From Candidatus Saccharimonadales bacterium (GTDB lineage Bacteria; Patescibacteriota; Saccharimonadia; Saccharimonadales; 2-12-FULL-41-12), in the NCBI GenBank assembly GCA_041600715.1, contig JBFIJM010000001.1:609701-673700 (forward strand): a stretch of DNA of 64,000 nt. Reading direction: 5' to 3'. This document shows positions 17,142 through 25,653 of the stretch, piece by piece. The number at the start of each line of letters is the position of its first letter. The first letter of the stretch is position 1. The notes beneath the pieces were generated by a model. The model was not told the DNA's origin, searched no databases, and saw nothing but the letters and a program-made list of their open reading frames with translations. The position numbers and the translations under genes are program-made.

Positions 17142-19403
17142 TTAATTTACACACCCCGAAGTTGGCAGGGTCGACTCTGCTTTTGGCTTACCTTCCGCTA
17201 TGCCAACAAATAAACTTTGCGGACATCTCAGTTGACCACCGGATTTTATTTGGACATGAAGATGCGGTCCAGATGAGCGACCAGTGTTCCCTGATGTCAT
17301 TATTCTCTGACCTGGCTTAACTTTATCGCCTTGTTTTGCTCCTGACACTGTGCCTCCATCGGTTCCGTGGCAATAAATATACTCAGCACCAGAACTACTA
17401 ACTATTAACACGCCAAGTCCACATGCCCCACCAACAGGAGCTTTAACTACTTTACCGTCAGTCATTGAATATACGCTTGTGCCAACTGGCACTGGTATAT
17501 CTGACGCTGGATATGTGTGGTGAGCTTTTGTGAACCAGTCCTTTTGGCGTTCGTACCACTTCTTCTGAAGCGGAAGGCCGTATTCTCCTGTTACTTCTCC
17601 AGACCCGTCTGAAGCGGACGTTTCACATGCAACAGACCCAGACGAGCTACCAGATCCTGCCGAAGAGCTTGAGCCGAACTTTGTTAAAGATTCTTGGGCA
17701 GCTTTCCATCGGTTTTCCATGACGGGTGTGCCCGCCCCTTCAACAGTTTTTTCCCAGAAAGCGGTAGCTTCTTTGTAGTCAGTGATTTTTTTATATTTAC
17801 CCATATCAAACTTTGCTCCTGTTGGCGTCGTTCCATCGGTCATATGCCACCATACAATGTCTAGCTGAGTTCTGAGTTCGTGGATGGGTGTTTTTACTCC
17901 GGCTGCTTTAGCATATCCAATAGCTCGACCTCCGGCATCCCATTGAATTAGCCCCCAAGCCTTGCCAACTCCAACACCTGTACCAAAGCCGGACGGATCT
18001 TTTACTTCGCCCCCTGTTTGTGCAATGGTAGGATTAAAATTTGATTCCTGTGACATGTTGCCCATTATCCCTGCTACTTGAGGAGGCCTCAGTCCCTTAC
18101 CGATAAAGTAATTCCACACTTTCTCGGCATTATCGCTTCCAGTAAGAGTTGTGGTTTCGGTTCCGTCAGACTGGCCACCACAAGTACATCCGTCAGAGAG
18201 TTTCTTGGACGTACCCTCAGAGTTAATTTGCTTTACGCCTGTAGCAACTGCTTCGGCAAAAGTTTTAGCGCCGTCTTTTGTTGGGTGCACCGAGTCACCA
18301 CTTAGTTGTATGGATTTATCAGCCGTTTTTATTACGCTGTATCCTTCGCTATCCGATAGTTTTCGTATAGATGAGTTAATCTTATCACCATCTACACTAC
18401 CCTTAGAAAACACATCTACCCAATATATAGTTACTTCATTATTATAGGATTTAACTTTCTTAATTAAGTCTTGAATAGTTTTCTCAAAGTTATTATTTTG
18501 GTTTGTTCCTAGTTGCACTACTACATAATCTGCTGTTTCAATACGCTTTTTATCCTGCTCAACTGCTTCGAGCCCGCTTGTTTTTGAGCCAGCAGTAGTT
18601 CCTTTTCCTGTTATTGACCTACTTACTGAGCCGTTTATGTAAGCATTAATCCCTCTAGATTTAAATTCTCGCTCTAAATCTGCACTCGCCCCTACAGATA
18701 TTGAATCCCCAACCATGTATAAACTACTTGTGACATCCTCGTCTCCTTCTGTTGTTCCTCCAGTGCCGTCAGGCACCTGGATATGAACATGGTTGGGTGC
18801 ATCGCTGAAGGATGTCATTCCATCAGGCAAGTTAATTGCATTTTTATTACTGCCCAACCCAAAGGATGTTCCTTTAGGAAGAACCTTCCCGGCGATAGTC
18901 ACGATTGTTTGTGCCAACTGGTCGCTACCGTTAGTGGCCTTGCCGTCTAAAGATTGTATATAGACGGCATTACCTGTGTAGTGCTTACTGCCTGAGCTGT
19001 GTCCAGAGCCGTTGCCTGTTATGGAACTGATACTTAGTTTGTGATTCTTAGCAATCTCTAATAGAGCAGAAAGTATTGCAGGATTTAAAACAGCGCCGTC
19101 TGCGGAAGGCTTACCGTTCGCAGCCTCTTCTAAGTCTTCTTTAACTACTCTCCCGTTGGCAATATCGATATTAGCATTTTCTAACACTTTTTTTGCTAAC
19201 TCTTGAGTTGTTCCTGAAATAACTTCCGAGCTTTCTGATTTGTCTCCGCCTTCATTGATAGTGCACGCGTCAATATCGTAATAGTAGATACCGCTATTTA
19301 GGAGGTTTCGTTGTTTATCCGAAAGAGCGTTTACTGTATAAGGCTGGATAATAATGCTAAGCATCATTATTAGAGAGAACAGGCCGTAGCAGATACTTTT
19401 CAT
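17142..19403 (-). CDS. Secreted multi-domain cell-wall hydrolase: LAS/M15-like domain, SGNH hydrolase, phage-tail-type lysozyme and M23 peptidase
   Basis: ATG at 19403 gives the signal peptide MKSICYGLFSLIMMLSIIIQPYTVNA (the ORF track starts at GTG 19418). SGNH blocks MVGDSISVG, VQLGTNQNN and GDSVHPT. Lysozyme motif GIMGNMSQESNFNP...WGLIQW. M23 motif GNTGRSSGPHLHVQI. The N-terminal SKHYTGNAVY...NHVHIQV resembles an LAS Zn site with Asp replaced by Tyr. Confidence 0.85.
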   Translation of the reverse strand: MKSICYGLFSLIMMLSIIIQPYTVNALSDKQRNLLNSGIYYYDIDACTINEGGDKSESSEVISGTTQELAKKVLENANIDIANGRVVKEDLEEAANGKPSADGAVLNPAILSALLEIAKNHKLSISSITGNGSGHSSGSKHYTGNAVYIQSLDGKATNGSDQLAQTIVTIAGKVLPKGTSFGLGSNKNAINLPDGMTSFSDAPNHVHIQVPDGTGGTTEGDEDVTSSLYMVGDSISVGASADLEREFKSRGINAYINGSVSRSITGKGTTAGSKTSGLEAVEQDKKRIETADYVVVQLGTNQNNNFEKTIQDLIKKVKSYNNEVTIYWVDVFSKGSVDGDKINSSIRKLSDSEGYSVIKTADKSIQLSGDSVHPTKDGAKTFAEAVATGVKQINSEGTSKKLSDGCTCGGQSDGTETTTLTGSDNAEKVWNYFIGKGLRPPQVAGIMGNMSQESNFNPTIAQTGGEVKDPSGFGTGVGVGKAWGLIQWDAGGRAIGYAKAAGVKTPIHELRTQLDIVWWHMTDGTTPTGAKFDMGKYKKITDYKEATAFWEKTVEGAGTPVMENRWKAAQESLTKFGSSSSAGSGSSSGSVACETSASDGSGEVTGEYGLPLQKKWYERQKDWFTKAHHTYPASDIPVPVGTSVYSMTDGKVVKAPVGGACGLGVLIVSSSGAEYIYCHGTDGGTVSGAKQGDKVKPGQRIMTSGNTGRSSGPHLHVQIKSGGQLRCPQSLFVGIAEGKPKAESTLPTSGCVN

Positions 19404-19407
19404 AAAA

Positions 19408-22400
19408 TTACTCACCACGGACCTTCTTCATCACCTCGTTATAGTAGTAATCGTCAATATCTGATTTACCGATAGGGCTACACTTATTGAGGTCTTTATG
19501 GGTTATAACTCCACTGACATTATTGCAATCAATATTTTTTTCTAGAGGTATATTATATTTCTTAACAAGGTACTTAACTGTATTTACGACCGCATTAAAT
19601 TTTTCTGGATACTTTTCTATACCCTCTTTGCCGAATTGCTCAGGACCCCCCTCTATCTCTATCCCGATAGTAGAAGAATTAGCGCCAATAGCATGAGAAG
19701 TTTTTGTTGTTAAGCTTTCTGTAAGTTGATAAACCCCTCCATCTGAAGTTATTCCAATCTGAACAGACAAACCATTACTCTTAAAGATACTAACTAAGCC
19801 GTCAATCCCTTTGTCGAATTGTCCGCCCCACCAATGAAGAGTAATGCCCTTAGGGTCGATATTACCTCCAGAACTAGCTCCTTTGAGGACCGGTTTTATC
19901 TTATTGATCTTAAAATCACCATCAACTTCTTCGGTGGTGCTTGTGCCAGCACTTGCCTGGGAGCTGACACCCGTACTCCCACCCACTCCAAGGTCTCCAC
20001 ACGCGTCTTCATTACCTTCGTAACAGTTGAGGGCAGTAGAGTTTTTGACGTCATTAATATAGAACCGATATTGATTAAATAAATTGTCTCTATTTATATT
20101 CGGATCGCATTTTTCTTTTAGCTCACTTTTCTTTTCTAGTTGAAAGGTATTTACGGTTTTGTCTGTACTCTCTAGTCTAGGGCCATTATCTGTTAAATTA
20201 ACCTTCATATTGAAGCATTCGCTGTATTTCTCGTTAAGATTATCTATCTCAGCTTCTACCTTCAGGGCGCCGTCTATTGGGTTATCAAAAACAGGGCTGG
20301 ACTCAAGCTCATTAGAAAATCCGTACTTCGGCACTCCATAAACACTTTCTGGATCTGCAAAGCCTTGGGCATAAGCTCTCGGCATAAAATTGCTAACTGA
20401 CCCACTAAATAACGAACCAACCGTCTTTATAGGGTTAGTAAAACTTTGAGAAGCCTGAGCAAAAGAGCTTGGAGTTCTTCCTATGGCTGTAGAAGCGAGC
20501 GATGTGCTGTCATATACATCGAGGTAACGGGCATAAAAGCTCTTCTTTGAATTATCGTATAGCTGGTCCTCAAACTGCATTTGTTTTATCTCTGCTGTTT
20601 GCTGGCTTGTGAGTCTGCCTCCCCCGCCGGAGATTGCATCGTCGTTACCAGCCATAAAAGCACCTACATTAACCAGGTTGCCCCACTCTGCGCCTGTTGC
20701 ATAAACATTTACGCTGTTACCGGACGCTGCCGCTAAGGCTCTTTCCATGAGGTCTGCCGTACTAGTCCCAAAGGCGCTAAGACCAGTATCTGCAATTAAT
20801 GCTGTTGCATCTGACACAAATTTACTCGCATGTTGAAGGACAGGAATCTTGGCAACAAAATCCATTGCCCCACATGCAGAACTAATCCCTGGGATGCTAT
20901 CAACAGCATTAAATACCTCGGGTTTACTACCTATATTTTTTAACGAAGCCTCACTGGGCACATCCGGTCCGGTTCTCTTTTGGCCAAACTCTGCCTGCAT
21001 AGTGCTGGCATTTGCCCATGAAGTTTTAGTCTCTGGATCGTAGAATGAATCATAAAAAGCACTTAGTTCGTCCGGATTTACATTATTACCACTCATAACC
21101 TGGTTACCAATAGTCATAGCCCTCATGCCCATTCTAATCATTGGTGCAACGTTATTTACATATTTATAGTCCTCAATGTTATCCCCAAACCCTTTAACAG
21201 TACATAAGACACCAACCGCTGCTGTCACCCCAAGACCCTTAACCAATCCTTGACGTATAGTCATGCTACTTTTCTCTCCAGGAGTCGACAGCTCTTGGTT
21301 GGCTTTGTCGATTGCTTCTTTTGCTTCTTTGGAAGCTACTTCGGCGGTGGGATCGACTACGTCATTCCCGTCCGCATCTTTACCTATAGGGTCAACTCTT
21401 CCTGCTTCGGCAGGTTCAACGCCTGTCTTATCTCGTTTTGCGGTTTCTTCTTTTATCCGTTGTTTCTCTGCGCGTTTAGCTGCCGCGCTGTCTAGCTTTT
21501 CTCGAGACTTATTCTTTAGTGGAGCAAAGTCCACGCCACCTCTTTTCTTTAGTAATCTGGCGCCTAATGTCCCAGCTATATTAAATGTCTTAGTCGACTT
21601 GCTTACAGAGTTCACCATGGCGCGTGTTGCTCTTGGATTACTATCTCGAGCATCAAGGAAGAAGTGGTCATCTGACACTGCTCTATTTTTCTTAGTACCC
21701 TGAACACCTTGGCCTCCCGCTTGTGACACCTGGGTGACCTTACCGTTGTTTGCTTCCCACTCAGAAATAATACTCTGTGCTTTATCTCTGTCGACAATTT
21801 CAAAACCAGCAAAACGTCCGGTTGTTTTTGTATAAACTGGCCGAAGACCAGTGTCCTTTGTTATGCGCGCCTCCCATTTGTCGGCTACCGCGTTTGTTGC
21901 TACGCCTAATCTTGTTCGCTCTGCCCTATCGTCCGACAGAACATACTGCAGTAACTTAATAGATCTACGGTTAGAAAAATCATTGTTACTTTTCATATGG
22001 AAATTCTGTAGGCTCTGCGCCAAATGAATAAACTGCAGGGGGCCTTGGATAATACTAAAACCAAACACTCCACCTGTGACGACGGCTCCGAGTAGTCCTC
22101 CGATTATAGTTTTGCGCCTAGTGAATTTGCCACGAAATTTACCAAAACGGCTTTCATCTTCGTTTCCGCTAAACAACCCATTAGTTTCTGAATCATTAGT
22201 ACCAAAACCTAGGGAAGCTGTTTCGTCCTGACCAGCGAAGCCAGTCTTAGCTGTATCCCCACTCCTTTCCCGTTCCCCTAAAGTCTCTGAGTTGATTTTT
22301 TTTGATTCAGAGGCTCGGTCGACAGGATTGTGGTTAACTGATCCTGTCGGAGTGCTGGGCTTATCTTGGTCATAGACACCCTCACTACCAAGCGGCTTAT

Positions 22401-22560
22401 AAACCATTCCTGGTCGATGGCTTGACCTTAGGTGATCTATGCCTTCCTGGGAAGCGGTAGGGATTCTTTCTAGTTCCTCAGCTGATACGCCATTTGGTGT
22501 TTGGTTGGGTGCGCCATAACTCGTTTCTTCGTCACCTTTACTAGGCGTTCTTAATGCCAT
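19408..22560 (-). CDS. Large T4SS-associated membrane protein with a C-terminal N-acetylmuramoyl-L-alanine amidase (Amidase_2/PGRP-type) domain
   Basis: 1050 aa. Disordered N-terminus, then the TM helix IIGGLLGAVVTGGVFGFSII. The C-terminal segment ITLHWWGG...SHAIGANSSTIGIEIEG...GVITHKDLN follows the Amidase_2 pattern. Confidence 0.75.
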   Translation of the reverse strand: MALRTPSKGDEETSYGAPNQTPNGVSAEELERIPTASQEGIDHLRSSHRPGMVYKPLGSEGVYDQDKPSTPTGSVNHNPVDRASESKKINSETLGERERSGDTAKTGFAGQDETASLGFGTNDSETNGLFSGNEDESRFGKFRGKFTRRKTIIGGLLGAVVTGGVFGFSIIQGPLQFIHLAQSLQNFHMKSNNDFSNRRSIKLLQYVLSDDRAERTRLGVATNAVADKWEARITKDTGLRPVYTKTTGRFAGFEIVDRDKAQSIISEWEANNGKVTQVSQAGGQGVQGTKKNRAVSDDHFFLDARDSNPRATRAMVNSVSKSTKTFNIAGTLGARLLKKRGGVDFAPLKNKSREKLDSAAAKRAEKQRIKEETAKRDKTGVEPAEAGRVDPIGKDADGNDVVDPTAEVASKEAKEAIDKANQELSTPGEKSSMTIRQGLVKGLGVTAAVGVLCTVKGFGDNIEDYKYVNNVAPMIRMGMRAMTIGNQVMSGNNVNPDELSAFYDSFYDPETKTSWANASTMQAEFGQKRTGPDVPSEASLKNIGSKPEVFNAVDSIPGISSACGAMDFVAKIPVLQHASKFVSDATALIADTGLSAFGTSTADLMERALAAASGNSVNVYATGAEWGNLVNVGAFMAGNDDAISGGGGRLTSQQTAEIKQMQFEDQLYDNSKKSFYARYLDVYDSTSLASTAIGRTPSSFAQASQSFTNPIKTVGSLFSGSVSNFMPRAYAQGFADPESVYGVPKYGFSNELESSPVFDNPIDGALKVEAEIDNLNEKYSECFNMKVNLTDNGPRLESTDKTVNTFQLEKKSELKEKCDPNINRDNLFNQYRFYINDVKNSTALNCYEGNEDACGDLGVGGSTGVSSQASAGTSTTEEVDGDFKINKIKPVLKGASSGGNIDPKGITLHWWGGQFDKGIDGLVSIFKSNGLSVQIGITSDGGVYQLTESLTTKTSHAIGANSSTIGIEIEGGPEQFGKEGIEKYPEKFNAVVNTVKYLVKKYNIPLEKNIDCNNVSGVITHKDLNKCSPIGKSDIDDYYYNEVMKKVRGE

Positions 22561-22581
22561 CAGAATTTTCTCCCAGAAAAT
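22561..22581 (-). promoter_or_regulatory. Conserved translation-initiation leader, copy 1 (ATTTTCTGGGAGAAAATTCTG-ATG)
   Basis: The 21 nt directly upstream of the 1050-aa gene ATG match 20/21 positions of the 21 nt upstream of the virB4 ATG. Contains the SD-like GGGAGA 8 nt before the ATG. Confidence 0.6.
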
Positions 22582-22582
22582 T

Positions 22583-22655
22583 CAGCAACTAGGAAGTAGC
22601 AACTAGGAAGTAGCCAAACTCCTAATTTCCAATTCCTAATCCCAAGTTCCATGCT
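22583..22655. repeat. TAG-unit hairpin repeat between virB4 and the 1050-aa gene
   Basis: Direct repeat CAACTAGGAAGTAGC x2 followed by CCTAATTTCCAATTCCTAATCCCAAGTTCC. The arms can pair imperfectly (with G-U pairs) in the minus-strand transcript. Confidence 0.6.
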
Positions 22656-24572
22656 CTATACTCCCGGGTATAATCGGTTACTCAGGTCGATCGTTCCTTG
22701 CCCGCCCGCAATTTCTCCTGCTTGTTGAATCTGTTGTACTTGCTGTGGATTAGTCGTGATCAAGTTTTGCTCTGTTGGGCTTGCCACAATCTGAATATGA
22801 ACATGATTTTGTCCAGCAAAAAACAAACCCTGCCCTACGGGGAACTGGCTCAAACGCTTACGTTCCTCGCTGGTAAGTTTAAAGACATCAGATAAAACGT
22901 CAACTGCTGACGCAGACTGCTTAAGCAAGATCTGCATACTAGAGTTTGCTACAATCGCTCTGCCCATACGTGAGCCCATAAAGTCTTCTACGTCTTGGCT
23001 AATGGTAGTAATACCCAAGTTATATTTACGAGCACGCTTAGCTAAACTAAAAATAAAGCTGGCGCTATCCTCGTACTTCATAAGTTGCCAAGCCTCATCC
23101 ACGATTAGAATACGGCGCTTCTGGTCAGACTTAGTTTTGTTCCAGATATAATTAAGCACAATAAACATTGCTACTGGTCTAAGCTCATCCTCAAGATCAC
23201 GAATATTGAAAACAACCATCGGGTTGTTAATATTTATGTTACTTTGCTGAGAGAAGATACCTGCAAAAGTACCGCTTGTATACTTGCGTAAACGTTGCGC
23301 CAGTTGAGGACCGCTTCCACCCATATGTAGCAACGTTTCGTACAGGTCGGTTACTGTTGGTGGTGTAGAGCTGTGAGTCAGCGGATCATTGGTAATTCCT
23401 GCTTTGGCGTAGGTTTCTATCAGCGCTGCGTCTAGGTCGGCTTCTTCTGTGGGGCTAAGAGCTGGTGCCATCATGGCGCCATTATTGCTCATCTGGGCCT
23501 GCGCGCCTCCCATCATAAGTCTTAGGAGTCCATGAAGTGTAATGAGATTGCTCCGAAGTGCATTATCGGCTTCTTCTGTGTCGATTACCTGCGGTAGGTC
23601 GAATGGATTAATTCGTGTCTGAGAGTTGAGGCTTAATCGAACATATGCGCCACCAACAGCTTCGCACATTCGTTGATATTCATTTTCTGGGTCGATAATA
23701 AATACTTCTGTGCCGAGCATCATGCTACGAAGAGCCTCTAACTTAACGGTAAAGCTCTTACCGGCTCCAGACTTAGCGAACACGACTGAGTTGCCATTTT
23801 CCAGACTGAATCTGTCGAAGATAACCAACCCTGAGTTATGCATGTTAATGCCATACATAAGGCCGTTTTCTTGGGTGAGATCAGCACTGGTAAACGGGAA
23901 GCTGGTACTCACTGCGCCAGTATTCATGTTGCGTCTAATCTGTAATTGATCAGTAAACTGCGGAATAGTGCCGTTTAGGCCTTGCTCCTGTTGGCTACTG
24001 GCCGGCTTACTATAAACAAGCTGTTGCCCTAATATCGACTCGATTTTATGAGACACAAACTCTAGCTCATCCATCGACCCTGCGTAAACGGTAAAGTACA
24101 GACCCATTCGGAAGAATCGTTCTTCGCCAACCTGTAGCTTGTCTCGCATCTCCTCAGCGTCCATGATGGCAGACTGGGTGGCAGGATCACGAACCCTGCC
24201 CTTCTCTGCATTAATCATGGTTTGAGCTTCTAATTGTGCCACTTTTTTCTGTAGGTTCTTTAACACAACCTGGCTTTCTACAGGATAAATGTATATAGAC
24301 AGATCAATAACCTCATCAAGATTTACCATGCTAGACAGCCAGCCAGTGGTTAATTGTCGTGGGTATCCATACACATAATAACTTCGTGCAAAACGTGTTC
24401 CGAGCTGGAAATGCGAAGCACTAAACTCTATCGAGCTGGGAGCTATAAAGTCACGAAGCGCTGTTATACCCTTATTAAACGCCGCGTCCACTTCTTGTTG
24501 CTCACGCATTTGTTGGGCCTGGGCGATTGCTATTGGATCAAGGGGTTGTTTTTTGTTTTTTCCAAAAGCCAT
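22656..24572 (-). CDS. virB4: Type IV secretion system ATPase VirB4 (Gram-positive PrgJ/TrbE-like)
   Basis: Walker A FAKSGAGKSFTVK and Walker B RILIVDEAWQL. N-terminal domain pattern YGYPRQLTTGWLSSM. Start set at MAFGKNKK (24572), which has the SD-containing leader; the track ORF extends 16 codons into the repeat. Confidence 0.9.
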   Translation of the reverse strand: MAFGKNKKQPLDPIAIAQAQQMREQQEVDAAFNKGITALRDFIAPSSIEFSASHFQLGTRFARSYYVYGYPRQLTTGWLSSMVNLDEVIDLSIYIYPVESQVVLKNLQKKVAQLEAQTMINAEKGRVRDPATQSAIMDAEEMRDKLQVGEERFFRMGLYFTVYAGSMDELEFVSHKIESILGQQLVYSKPASSQQEQGLNGTIPQFTDQLQIRRNMNTGAVSTSFPFTSADLTQENGLMYGINMHNSGLVIFDRFSLENGNSVVFAKSGAGKSFTVKLEALRSMMLGTEVFIIDPENEYQRMCEAVGGAYVRLSLNSQTRINPFDLPQVIDTEEADNALRSNLITLHGLLRLMMGGAQAQMSNNGAMMAPALSPTEEADLDAALIETYAKAGITNDPLTHSSTPPTVTDLYETLLHMGGSGPQLAQRLRKYTSGTFAGIFSQQSNININNPMVVFNIRDLEDELRPVAMFIVLNYIWNKTKSDQKRRILIVDEAWQLMKYEDSASFIFSLAKRARKYNLGITTISQDVEDFMGSRMGRAIVANSSMQILLKQSASAVDVLSDVFKLTSEERKRLSQFPVGQGLFFAGQNHVHIQIVASPTEQNLITTNPQQVQQIQQAGEIAGGQGTIDLSNRLYPGV

Positions 24573-24593
24573 CAGAATGTTCTCCCAGAAAAT
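24573..24593 (-). promoter_or_regulatory. Conserved translation-initiation leader, copy 2 (ATTTTCTGGGAGAACATTCTG-ATG)
   Basis: Matches 20/21 positions of 22561-22581. The next codons begin ATGGC in both genes. Confidence 0.6.
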
Positions 24594-24594
24594 A

Positions 24595-24636
24595 GCAAAT
24601 TCCCAATTACTAATTCCCAATTACTAATTACTAGGA
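24595..24636. repeat. TAG/GGAATTAG-unit repeat upstream of virB4
   Basis: The segment TAATTCCCAATTACTAATTACTA at 24611-24633 is the exact reverse complement of the 23-mer TAGTAATTAGTAATTGGGAATTA at 48071-48093 inside tsaD. Confidence 0.8.
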
Positions 24637-25608
24637 TCATTGTATATGCCTATCTAGATTAGGTTGCGGCGCTATGCCGTCACCTTTAGTTACAACAGGG
24701 GCTGTTAAATCATTAAAATTCTTTAGTTGCTGACGGGTAGCTGTATCGGGGTTGTAACTATCGTAATATAACTCAATCAACTCCTGAGTATCTAAAGGCA
24801 GTCCTTGTACGCCACACTGCAATAACCCACCAAGTGTAGCCTGTACTCTATTGCGTAGCTCATCTTTAGCCTCCGCTAAGTGTTGCTCATTTATCACAAT
24901 ATGTGTTTTTGAGCTGTTAAACAGACTGAATACTCCATCTAGTAGCCCCTTACTTTGGGCTAATGGCTTAGTTGACTGTTCGTGCGGAAAGTAAGGAATA
25001 ACCACATAAAATCTCTTGTCCATAATGTTGGTCTGTGCTGCTGTTTGATCAATAAAATCAATATAATCATCCATAAGAACCGCTAGGAGCATATTGTCGT
25101 GCTCTGCACGAACTTTCTCTAACTTGGCAATGTAAGGACCAATATCTACCTTTTGGGAGCGGATAAATATCTGAACTGGAAAATATAAGGAGTTAAGAAA
25201 AGACTGGTAACTGTATTCTACTGCTTCACGCTCTTGGGGGCTCATTAGGTCAAAGTTAATAGACTTTACCATTACAACCGACCTAAAACTGCCGTCGTTC
25301 ATTATGACTATGCCGTCTCTGATCTCAGCGATCTGTAAGTTATTCTGCGTGCTATTAGGATTTACTTTTGGTTTAGGTGCACTACCCGGCCGTATGGCTT
25401 GGTTTGGATCTGCGGGTATAAAGGTTCCAGGTGACATATCTGGAGCAAATGTTCCGCGAGTTTGGGGCTGGGCTGGTTGTTGCCCGGGCTGTGGAGAGTA
25501 CCCTTGAGGCTGTGGATCAGCATAGACTGCACCTTGTGTGCCAGGAATCTGACTAGGAGATTGAGCTGACTGCCCTTGAGTTGGTTGTTGCTGACCTGAA
25601 GGATTCAT
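24637..25608 (-). CDS. T4SS-locus protein: Gln/Pro-rich N-terminus plus a domain resembling the VirB4 N-terminal domain, with no ATPase
   Basis: 323 aa. The first roughly 90 aa are low-complexity Q/P. The remainder (FRSVVMVKSINFDLMS...FPVQIFIRSQKVD...DKRFYVVIPYF) parallels the segment DLSIYIYPVES...ERFFRMGLYFTVY of the adjacent VirB4. Confidence 0.45.
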   Translation of the reverse strand: MNPSGQQQPTQGQSAQSPSQIPGTQGAVYADPQPQGYSPQPGQQPAQPQTRGTFAPDMSPGTFIPADPNQAIRPGSAPKPKVNPNSTQNNLQIAEIRDGIVIMNDGSFRSVVMVKSINFDLMSPQEREAVEYSYQSFLNSLYFPVQIFIRSQKVDIGPYIAKLEKVRAEHDNMLLAVLMDDYIDFIDQTAAQTNIMDKRFYVVIPYFPHEQSTKPLAQSKGLLDGVFSLFNSSKTHIVINEQHLAEAKDELRNRVQATLGGLLQCGVQGLPLDTQELIELYYDSYNPDTATRQQLKNFNDLTAPVVTKGDGIAPQPNLDRHIQ

Positions 25609-25653
25609 AGATAAATGTTTTAGGTTCCCACCTTTAATGCGATAATTTCCGTA

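Noticed and set aside
24573-24620. 16-codon N-terminal extension of the VirB4 ORF (MGISNWEFAIFWENIL...)
   Set aside because: The extension is a translation of the repeat and leader sequence. The internal ATG at 24572 has the GGGAGA Shine-Dalgarno sequence and the same leader as the next gene.
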